Assembly: GCA_963697285.1 (NCBI GenBank)
Contig: CAVONI010000003.1
Span: 99,693-163,692 of the forward strand
From: an uncultured Acidobacteriota bacterium
Lineage (GTDB): Bacteria > Acidobacteriota > Vicinamibacteria > Vicinamibacterales > JAFNAJ01
Reading direction: 5' to 3'
DNA length: 64,000 bases
In this document: positions 9,729 to 17,193 of the stretch, piece by piece
Numbering within the stretch: the stretch's first letter is position 1
Layout: each line of letters begins with the position of its first letter
Notes under the pieces: generated by a model
Databases searched by the model: none
Told to the model about the DNA's origin: nothing
Seen by the model: only the letters and a program-made list of their open reading frames with translations
Made by a program: the position numbers and the translations under genes

Positions 9729-11969
9729 TCACTGTGCCTGGCTCGACGTCGTCGACGTCGCATCGACCCAGACGGGATTCACGAATGCGCCGTTGCCGGC
9801 CGAGTCCCACACCGCGAAGCGCACCCACTTCTTGCCGGTCGCGTCGAACGGGATACTCACCTTGCGGGTGCCGAATGCCACGGCATCGGTCATCGACACG
9901 ACCTGCCGATCCACCTTCTGCCCGTCGCCCCACACGACTTCCATGAACTCCGGCGGGAACGTCCATTCCAGGTCGGCCGTGATCGTCCGCTTCGCACCGG
10001 CGCCGCCCACCGCGTAGTTCTTGATGAGGATCTGGCCCGTGGTGACGAAGTAGTCGCCGGCGCGCACGGCCTTGAGGATCGGGCTCCAGTCGTCGCCCGG
10101 ACCCGGCACCTTGTCGAGCTTCACGTAGTTCACGGGGATGTTCGGGTAGATGTCGTCGGCCGGCCCCTTCTGGTAGGTGTCGGTGTCGGCGATGAGCAGC
10201 TTGGGCTTCAGCCCCGAGCCGGCGAACAGGTTGTTCATCTTGTCCTGGGCCTCGAAGCAGCGGTACTCGCACAGGCGCTGCATCGACAGGTCGACGCCCA
10301 TGCCCGGCTTGAACGCCATCCCGAGGTAGCGATCGCTGCGGACCCACTCCTTTTCGAGACTCGCATCGGGGTAGCCCGTGGTGCCCTTCGTCCGCGGGTG
10401 CGCGTGGAACCAGTAGCCGCCCTCGCTCTCGAGGATCTTGATGACGTCGGCCCCGCTGCCGGGGTGATAGACCTTGCCGAACTCCGGCAGCGTCTCGGTG
10501 AACGGCTGTCCCGGGTCCTGCGCGCGTGACCAGTAGACGTTCTTCGGGAACATGACGTTGTAGTGGCCACCGAAGTACGCGTTCGGCTCTTCCCAGGGCG
10601 TCACGAGGAAGTCCTGGTCGGATGCCTTGGCGCTGGCCAGCGCGTAGTCGCGCATGTCCTCGAAGCGCCCGGCGCCATTGTCGCGGCCGCGCATCTTGTC
10701 GGCGTGGAAGTCGCTCAGCCCGACGATGTTGATGCCGAGCGCCTTCATGGCGATGACATCAGGCGTCTGACCGTCGAGCGAGCCCGACGCGCGCAGCCGA
10801 TCCGTGAAGCTGATGTGGAAGTGGTTGACGAGCGTCTTGTATCCCGCCACCGGCTTGAAGGTGTCGTTGTTGGTGAAGGCCATCACCGCCGTACGAGTGG
10901 CGTCGGCCGCGTCGGGCGAGACGTAGAAGTAGACCGCCATCCGCTGCCACGATCCCGGCGGTGCGTTGTAGAGCGCGAAGTTTGCGCGGTACGCCTCCAC
11001 GTCCTCGCGGTCGCCCTGCCGCACGCCCATCGCGAACGACGCGTCCGAGTCCTTGCGGTACCAGACGTAGCCCAGGTTCGTGTCCACTTCCCGGGTGAAG
11101 AAGAACGTGATCGGCGGCGGGAAGCTGGCGATCGACCCGCCGCGGCCCTCGGCGATCATGAGGCGGTTCCTCGCGCGGACTGGCACGAGCGCGTCGTTCT
11201 TCGCACCGCCGAACCGGTAGTGCTGTGCCTGGTCGGCCACGTCGCGCCAGACGACGCGCGGCGTGAGCGACGTTGACAGGCCCTTCAGCCCGCCTTCGTA
11301 CTTGTAGGCCACGCCGGGCTCGTCGGTCTTCGCCACCGCCTCGAGGCGCACGAGGCTGGTGCCGCGGTAGACGGTGAACCGCGTGCTCCCCGAGAAGATG
11401 CCCATCGAGAGTCCCGGGAACTCGATCTCGATCCGCGCCCCCTCGGCGCGCACCGTGCACGAGGAGGTCTTGAACGACGCGTTCGCCCGCCTGATCTCCT
11501 CGGGCTTGCGTGGCAGGTTGGGATTCGTCGGGTTCCGGCCCTCTTCGAGGCCGGGCACATACAACGGCGCATCCCAGAACGCGTACCACTTCTCGCGGTC
11601 CATGACCTCGGGCGTGATCGTCACGCCGAGTCCCGTGAGTGGCTGGAGTTGCTGGTTGCTGACGCGGCGGAGGCCACTCGTCACGCCGAACTCCGGCACG
11701 AGGTTCTGTCCGAGCGTGCCCCACTGCCCTCCGGCCTTGCGCACGGCGAGCTCGCGCACGACGGGGGCGGCACGGTCGATCGACAGGTGCATGCGCAGGT
11801 CGGCGCCGCGATCGCCCGTCCACTGCACCACGAGCGCATCGTTGTCGACGACTGCGGTGAGCCCCTGCGATGGCTTGTAGGCTTTCAGGTCGCAGTTGAG
11901 CGGATCGGCCACGGCCGCCGAGGCAACCGCCAATGAGCACACGAACGGGACGAATCGCTTCAGCACCAC
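9729..11969 (-). CDS. secreted 746-aa protein of unknown function, possible metal-dependent hydrolase
   Basis: Signal peptide (VASAAVADPLNC). The C-terminal half carries His-containing motifs conserved in both paralogs (NHFHISF / THFHTSM, FHAHPRTKG / YMPHPRSKG). I recognise no firm family. Confidence 0.8.
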   Translation of the reverse strand: MVLKRFVPFVCSLAVASAAVADPLNCDLKAYKPSQGLTAVVDNDALVVQWTGDRGADLRMHLSIDRAAPVVRELAVRKAGGQWGTLGQNLVPEFGVTSGLRRVSNQQLQPLTGLGVTITPEVMDREKWYAFWDAPLYVPGLEEGRNPTNPNLPRKPEEIRRANASFKTSSCTVRAEGARIEIEFPGLSMGIFSGSTRFTVYRGTSLVRLEAVAKTDEPGVAYKYEGGLKGLSTSLTPRVVWRDVADQAQHYRFGGAKNDALVPVRARNRLMIAEGRGGSIASFPPPITFFFTREVDTNLGYVWYRKDSDASFAMGVRQGDREDVEAYRANFALYNAPPGSWQRMAVYFYVSPDAADATRTAVMAFTNNDTFKPVAGYKTLVNHFHISFTDRLRASGSLDGQTPDVIAMKALGINIVGLSDFHADKMRGRDNGAGRFEDMRDYALASAKASDQDFLVTPWEEPNAYFGGHYNVMFPKNVYWSRAQDPGQPFTETLPEFGKVYHPGSGADVIKILESEGGYWFHAHPRTKGTTGYPDASLEKEWVRSDRYLGMAFKPGMGVDLSMQRLCEYRCFEAQDKMNNLFAGSGLKPKLLIADTDTYQKGPADDIYPNIPVNYVKLDKVPGPGDDWSPILKAVRAGDYFVTTGQILIKNYAVGGAGAKRTITADLEWTFPPEFMEVVWGDGQKVDRQVVSMTDAVAFGTRKVSIPFDATGKKWVRFAVWDSAGNGAFVNPVWVDATSTTSSQAQ

Positions 11970-12183
11970 ACGACCCTCCAGGCAGGCAGTTCAACGAGAC
12001 CCGCGGGATTCGCGCGGGTCACCACGGATGAGATCCTTCGATCAGCGCCGCATACCGCCGGCGGTGCGCATCGGGCCTGGCCCGGCGCTCGCCCGCCGCG
12101 TGGTACGCCGCAGTCGTCCACTCACCTGCACACGCGCGCCTCGCCGGTCGGTGCCTGCGGGACGGAGTGCCAGTTATCCAGAT

Positions 12184-12238
12184 TGACGCCGCGATTCTAG
12201 CGCCCACGCCATGCGCGGCCGTGTATCAATGTGTCGCG
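12184..12238 (-). promoter_or_regulatory. bipartite conserved intergenic motif, copy 1 (upstream of the 9729-11969 gene)
   Basis: Minus-strand reading: CGCGACACATTGATACA-N22-TAGAATCGCGGCGTCA. A near-identical pair of boxes occurs at 14723-14776. Confidence 0.3.
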
Positions 12239-12367
12239 GGCGGTGCCGGGCCGTGCCGGGCGATGTGGAGGCCAGGTGTAGAGGCGGTGCAGGGGGGGCG
12301 CGAGCGGTGCGCGACGGCACGCCTTTCCTGACCGGACAGGAACCCGGGGCAGGGGCGATGTTCACGC

Positions 12368-12442
12368 GGGCCGCGCGGGGGCGCGGCCCCTACGTCCGAA
12401 CCCTACACCTGCACGTGTAGGGGCCGCGCCCCCGCGCGGCCC
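12368..12442. repeat. two inverted copies of a REP-like element (GTAGGGGCCGCGCCCCCGCGCGGCCC) forming a composite hairpin
   Basis: gggccgcgcgggggcgcggcccctac (12368-12393) is the reverse complement of gtaggggccgcgcccccgcgcggccc (12417-12442). The spacer holds a second small inverted repeat, ccctacac/gtgtaggg. It lies just 3' of the CocE-like gene stop. Confidence 0.6.
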
Positions 12443-12459
12443 CGCTCGGCTGCGCCTCG

Positions 12460-14469
12460 TCAGGGCGGCGTGGGCCTGCCGAGCACGGGCAGCACGATTG
12501 ACGAGGGGTGCGCCGCGTCGTGGTACAGCGTGTTGTCGGCAATCGCGATGCGGCGGCTGCGCCCAAGCGGTTCCCCGGTGTTCGGGTTCACGTCGAACCT
12601 GGGGAAGTTGCTGCTCGAGATGTCCACGCGGATCTTGTGGCCCCGCTTGAACACGTTGCCGGTCGGGAACGGCTCGATCGTCAACTGGTACACCTCGCCG
12701 GGCTTCATCATCTCGGGCTTCTCGGGCGACGTCCGGTAGCGCGCCCGGACGATGCCGTCGGTGAGGTTCATCTCGAAGCCGAGCGGGTAGTCGGCGCTCG
12801 GCGGATACACGTCGACCAGCTTGGCGGTGAAGTCGGTGTCGGGCGCGGTCGAGCCGGCGAACAGCTTCACCACGATCGGGCCGACGACCTCGGTGTCTTC
12901 GGTGAGCGGGGGCGTCTCGAACACGATCACGTCGGGCCGCACCTTCAGCGGCAGGTACGGCGCCCGCGAGCCGAAGACGCCAAGCTCGGCGGTCGTCTCG
13001 CGTTCGGCGTCGCCGCGCGGAGCCAGGTTGAACGGCTTCTCGCGCTGGTCGAACGCCCCCGCCGGTGACAGTTCCCGGCTGCCGGAGAACGACCCGCCGA
13101 TGGTCGGGACGGGATCGCGTGGATCGAACGTGTAGGTCGTGGGCGCGTCGTTCGCGGCGGGTGCGGTGGTCGAGAGCGTCCCGTTGCCATGGAAGTAGTA
13201 GGTCGTGAAGCGCGTGCCAGGCAGGGGCCACGTCGCGGCCGTCTTCCAGTAGCCGCCGTGGAACAGCCGCCCGTTGGCGTCGCGGTGACCGTCACCGGTG
13301 CCCATCACGAAGACCTTGACCGCCGGATCGCGATCGACGCCGGTGTCCTTGTGCTTGAGCACGTGATCGAACCAGCGCAGGTGGAACGCCTCGCCGAAGT
13401 CGGTGATGGCCGCCGTCGCGCCGAACTCCACGTCGCCGGAGGCCGACCGGGTGTTGCCGCCGTGCAGCCACGGGCCGACGAGCAACTGCTGGGGCGCGCG
13501 CTTGATCTTCGACAGCTCGACGTAGTTGGCGATCGAGCCCGAGGTGTACGAGTCGTACCAGCCCGTGATGTGGATCATCGGGATGTCGGCGGTGCGGCCG
13601 TAATTGAGCGACCAGTTGCGGTCGGGCTGTGTCCAGTAGTCGCCGTAGTCGGCGTTGGTCATCATGTCGACGAAGAAGTCTTCGAACGACGGCGCGGCAG
13701 CCAGTGGGGTCAGACCGCGTCCGGCCTGCATCGAGCCGACCCAGTCAGACACGCGCGTCGCGGTGGCCTGGGCCTTGGCGGTCGGATTGCCGGTCTGTGC
13801 GCCGAGTTGGGTAAACGCCCACGTGAGCTGCTGGGCGAGTTCGAACGCGCCGTGGTTGCGCATCTTGTAGAGCCAGCCGTTGTGAAGGCCGCCGCAGTTG
13901 AGGACGATCGTCTTCAGGTGCGGCGGGCTCAGGATGGCCGCGCCCGCTTCTGCGTGGGCCGCGTACGACGTGCCCCACATCCCCACCTGGCCGTCGGTGT
14001 ACGGCAGCGCGCCGATGTACTCGATCGTGTCGTACCCGTCCTGGCCGTATCCGAGGTACTTGGTCTGCACGCCCTCGGATGCGTAGGCGCCCCGTTCGTC
14101 CTGCACCACGACGACGTAGCCGTGCCGCGCGAACCAGCGGGCCTGCTGCACCGTCCCGCGCGCTTCCTTGTTGTACGGCGTGCGGTTCAGCAGCACCGGC
14201 AGCTTCGCCGCCTCGGGCACGCCGCCCGCGGCGGGACGGTAGATGTCGGTCGCCAGCTTGACGCCGTCGCGCATCGGCACCATCAGGTTCTTCGCAAACA
14301 GGACCACCGTGCCATCGTGGGCCGCCTGCGCCTGCGGCTGTGCCTGTGCCTGCTGATTCACCGGCGCGGCGTGGAACGCGACCGGCGCCCCGACCACGAC
14401 CACGGCGAGCAACAGCCGCGCAATCGCCCGCGACGTCTTCCCGGCATTCCTCGGCATGCAAATCACCAT
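12460..14469 (-). CDS. CocE/NonD family hydrolase (S15 X-Pro dipeptidyl-peptidase-like), secreted
   Basis: Signal peptide, then MRDGVKLATDIYRP, LLNRTPYNKE, GYVVVVQDERG and the nucleophile-elbow-like GMWGTSYAAH, plus a long C-terminal beta-sandwich-type region. The start may instead be the ATG at 14457 (MPRNAG). Confidence 0.85.
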   Translation of the reverse strand: MVICMPRNAGKTSRAIARLLLAVVVVGAPVAFHAAPVNQQAQAQPQAQAAHDGTVVLFAKNLMVPMRDGVKLATDIYRPAAGGVPEAAKLPVLLNRTPYNKEARGTVQQARWFARHGYVVVVQDERGAYASEGVQTKYLGYGQDGYDTIEYIGALPYTDGQVGMWGTSYAAHAEAGAAILSPPHLKTIVLNCGGLHNGWLYKMRNHGAFELAQQLTWAFTQLGAQTGNPTAKAQATATRVSDWVGSMQAGRGLTPLAAAPSFEDFFVDMMTNADYGDYWTQPDRNWSLNYGRTADIPMIHITGWYDSYTSGSIANYVELSKIKRAPQQLLVGPWLHGGNTRSASGDVEFGATAAITDFGEAFHLRWFDHVLKHKDTGVDRDPAVKVFVMGTGDGHRDANGRLFHGGYWKTAATWPLPGTRFTTYYFHGNGTLSTTAPAANDAPTTYTFDPRDPVPTIGGSFSGSRELSPAGAFDQREKPFNLAPRGDAERETTAELGVFGSRAPYLPLKVRPDVIVFETPPLTEDTEVVGPIVVKLFAGSTAPDTDFTAKLVDVYPPSADYPLGFEMNLTDGIVRARYRTSPEKPEMMKPGEVYQLTIEPFPTGNVFKRGHKIRVDISSSNFPRFDVNPNTGEPLGRSRRIAIADNTLYHDAAHPSSIVLPVLGRPTPP

Positions 14470-14471
14470 CT

Positions 14472-14497
14472 GTAGGGGCCACGCCCCCGCGCGGCCC
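14472..14497. repeat. REP-like element copy (gtaggggccacgcccccgcgcggccc)
   Basis: One mismatch to the 12417-12442 copy. It lies immediately upstream of the CocE-like start codon. Confidence 0.55.
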
Positions 14498-14524
14498 GGT
14501 TGTCGGACGGGCGAACCAGCAAAT

Positions 14525-14567
14525 CACTCCCGGAGTGTTCCCGCAGGTGAGAATCACTCCGGGAGTG
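14525..14567. promoter_or_regulatory. perfect 13-bp inverted repeat with 17-nt spacer (hairpin or paired operator half-sites)
   Basis: cactcccggagtg (14525-14537) and cactccgggagtg (14555-14567) are exact reverse complements. Each is preceded by aat and each is itself palindromic. gttttc follows on the + strand. Confidence 0.45.
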
Positions 14568-14722
14568 GTTTTCACCGCGCGGTCATCGTGTCGCCAGCAA
14601 CTGGAACACGCGTTCGAGTTCCTGTTCGGCCTGCGCGAGCGACGCCTTGCGTCCTGCAGCGCAGCACTCCAGCAGCCACGGCTCACGCGGGAGCCTGGCC
14701 GCACTTCTGGCAACTCGGGACG

Positions 14723-14776
14723 TGACGCGCGGATGCTATGGCGCGTGGCGCTGCAGAGTTGTATCAAAGTGTCGCG
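14723..14776 (-). promoter_or_regulatory. bipartite conserved intergenic motif, copy 2 (upstream of the CocE-like gene)
   Basis: Minus-strand reading: CGCGACACTTTGATACA-N21-TAGCATCCGCGCGTCA. The two boxes match copy 1 at 12184-12238. Confidence 0.3.
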
Positions 14777-14801
14777 CCTGGCCGCGCGACACGTCGCTGT
14801 C

Positions 14802-15680
14802 CTAGCGCTTCGCGAGGAACCGGTCGGCGATGGCCAGGTATCCCTCGGGGTCCTCGAGGTGCGGGTAGTGACCAAGGCCGGGCATGGTCACGATCTCGAC
14901 CCTGGGCAACGTCCGCTTCAGGCGTTCCTGGGTCTCTGCCGGGACGATGGTGCTCTTGCCGCCGAGGATGTAGATGACCGGGCAGGCGATCTTCTCGACG
15001 TGGGCCCACAACTCCGTCGGGACGAATCCGTTCACCAGCGCGGGATCGCGCTTCCACACCAACCGCCCGTCTTCGCGCCGCGTCGTGCCGAAGTGCGCAT
15101 GCGACCGCAGCAGCGGTTCCGCCATGCCGGGGTTCTCCTTCTTCAGCTGCGCGACGAGCTCGTCCTCTGAGCCCCAGCCGTTCTCCTCGGCCTTGACCCG
15201 GCGGGCGAAGCCGTCGGCGATCGCGGCGGGCCGCTCGGGGCCCACGTCCTCGACGATCAGCTTCGTGACCGTCTCCGGGTGCATCGCGGCGTAGACCTGT
15301 ACCACGCGGCCGCCCGTGGAGTTGCCCAGCATGACGACCTGGCGCAGCCCGAGGTGGCGCACGAGCGCGTCTACTTCCTTGATGTAGTCCTCGACCATGT
15401 AGGCGCCCTGCGGGTCCCAGCCCGAGTCGCCGTGCCCGCGCATGTCCATGGCGATCACGTGGTAGTCGCGGGCGAAGTGCGGCGCGATGTGATCGAACGA
15501 GTGCGCCGTCCGCGCGATCCCGTGCAGCAGGATCATCGCCGGCTTCCCGGGTGTCCCCCACTCGAGGTAGTGGATCTTCAGGCCGTTGGCGGTGATCGTC
15601 CGATCGACGTATCCGGCGGGGGTGACGGGCTGAAGCGCCAGCAGCGACAGCGCTGCCACCACCAGGGCGGGAACAGTCAT
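14802..15680 (-). CDS. alpha/beta-fold hydrolase
   Basis: ILLHGIARTAHSF (HG oxyanion region), DMRGHGDSGW, nucleophile motif LGNSTGG (G-x-S-x-G) and a C-terminal GLGHYPHLE His region. The N-terminal signal-like segment suggests export. Confidence 0.85.
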   Translation of the reverse strand: MTVPALVVAALSLLALQPVTPAGYVDRTITANGLKIHYLEWGTPGKPAMILLHGIARTAHSFDHIAPHFARDYHVIAMDMRGHGDSGWDPQGAYMVEDYIKEVDALVRHLGLRQVVMLGNSTGGRVVQVYAAMHPETVTKLIVEDVGPERPAAIADGFARRVKAEENGWGSEDELVAQLKKENPGMAEPLLRSHAHFGTTRREDGRLVWKRDPALVNGFVPTELWAHVEKIACPVIYILGGKSTIVPAETQERLKRTLPRVEIVTMPGLGHYPHLEDPEGYLAIADRFLAKR

Positions 15681-15711
15681 GACGTCTTCACCTTTCCAAC
15701 GACGATCGCGC

Positions 15712-17043
15712 CTACGCGTTCAGATCCATCTTCCCGGTCAGGTACGAGTCGTACGCGGCGAGATCGAACAGGCCGTGGCCCGACAGGTTGAACAGGATGA
15801 CCTTGGCCTCGCCCGACTCGCGCGCCTCGAGGGCGTGCTTCACCACGCTGTGGATCCCGTGCGCCGACTCAGGGGCGGGGAACGTCCCTTCCGACCGTGC
15901 GAACTTGATCGCCGTCTCGAAGACCTCGCCCTGCGGGTAGGCTTCGGCCTCGATCACGCCCAGCGACAGCAGGTGGCTCACGAGGGGCGACGAGCCGTGG
16001 TAGCGCAGCCCGCCGGCGTGCACCGGCTGCGGCATGAAGTCGTGCCCCAGCGTGTGCATCATCATCAGCGGCGTCATGCCGCCCGTGTCGCCGAAGTCGT
16101 ACTCGCGACGGCCCTTCGTCAGGCTGGGGCACGCGAGCGGCTCTGCGGCAATCGCGCGCAGGTTCGGGCGCTCGCCGCTCAGCTTGTCCTTCAGGAACGG
16201 GAACGTGAGGCCGGCGAAGCTGCTGCCGCCGCCGTGGCACCCGATCACGATGTCGGGGTACTCGCCGGCCAGCTCCATCTGCTTCATCGCTTCCTGGCCG
16301 ATGATCGTCTGGTGCAGCATGACGTGGTTCAGCACGCTGCCGAGGGCGTACTTGGTGTCGTCGCGGCCGGCGGCGTCTTCGACGGCCTCCGAGATGGCCA
16401 TTCCGAGGCTGCCCGGCGAGTTGGGATCCGCGGCGAGCATGCGGCGGCCCTGCGCCGTCAGGTTGGATGGGCTGGCAACGACATCGGCGCCGTAGGCCTG
16501 GATCATGATGCGGCGGTACGGCTTCTGGTCGTAGCTGACCCGCACCATGTAGACCATGCACTCGAGGCCGATCAACTGGCACGCGCACGACAGCGCACTG
16601 CCCCACTGCCCGGCGCCGGTCTCGGTCGCCAGCCGCTTCACGCCTTCCTGCTTGTTCACCCAGGCCTGCATGATCGCGGTGTTCAGCTTGTGGCTGCCGA
16701 CCGGGCTGACGTGCTCCGACTTGTAGTAGATGTGTGCGGGCGTGTCGAGCAGCTCCTCGAAGTGGCGCGCACGGTACACCGGGCTGGGGCGGTACAGCCG
16801 GTAGATGTCTCTCACCTCGTCGGGGATGTCGATGTACGGCTCCTGCGACACTTCCTGCTGGATGAGGCCCATCGGGAAGAGCGGCGCGAGGTCGGCGGGG
16901 CCGATCGGCTGGCGCGTCCCCGGGTGCAGCGGCGGCAGCAGCGGCGTCGGCAGGTCGGGCGCGATGTTGTAGAACGAGCGTGGAATCTCTGACTCTGGCA
17001 GGGTGATCTTGGTGTCAGTCACGGCATCCTCGGCACGTCGCAA
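15712..17043 (-). CDS. TrpB-like PLP-dependent enzyme (tryptophan synthase beta chain type 2, TrpB2)
   Basis: N-terminus KITLPESEIPRSFYNIAPDLP is typical of TrpB2. PLP-lysine region SHKLNTA, ATETGAGQWGSAL and a GCHGGGSSFAG glycine loop. A GTG about 20 nt downstream is an alternative start. Confidence 0.85.
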   Translation of the reverse strand: MRRAEDAVTDTKITLPESEIPRSFYNIAPDLPTPLLPPLHPGTRQPIGPADLAPLFPMGLIQQEVSQEPYIDIPDEVRDIYRLYRPSPVYRARHFEELLDTPAHIYYKSEHVSPVGSHKLNTAIMQAWVNKQEGVKRLATETGAGQWGSALSCACQLIGLECMVYMVRVSYDQKPYRRIMIQAYGADVVASPSNLTAQGRRMLAADPNSPGSLGMAISEAVEDAAGRDDTKYALGSVLNHVMLHQTIIGQEAMKQMELAGEYPDIVIGCHGGGSSFAGLTFPFLKDKLSGERPNLRAIAAEPLACPSLTKGRREYDFGDTGGMTPLMMMHTLGHDFMPQPVHAGGLRYHGSSPLVSHLLSLGVIEAEAYPQGEVFETAIKFARSEGTFPAPESAHGIHSVVKHALEARESGEAKVILFNLSGHGLFDLAAYDSYLTGKMDLNA

Positions 17044-17193
17044 AGCGGGGGTGTGAACGTGGCGCGAAGCTTAGCACGCAGACGCTGAGGCGGCCTCACC
17101 CAACCGCGGCGTCGTCCGGAGTATGACGTTGTCGCGACGCACCGCGGAACTGTTGCCCCGCGGCTCCGTCTACGTGGGGCAGCCACTCCCGGC

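Noticed and set aside
12019-12207. 62-aa minus-strand ORF in the 11970-12460 intergenic region, and a short open frame at about 14590-14700 ending ...AQAEQELERVFQLLATR-stop.
   Set aside because: No start context, RBS or family signature. They are possibly remnants of decayed genes but cannot be supported as features.
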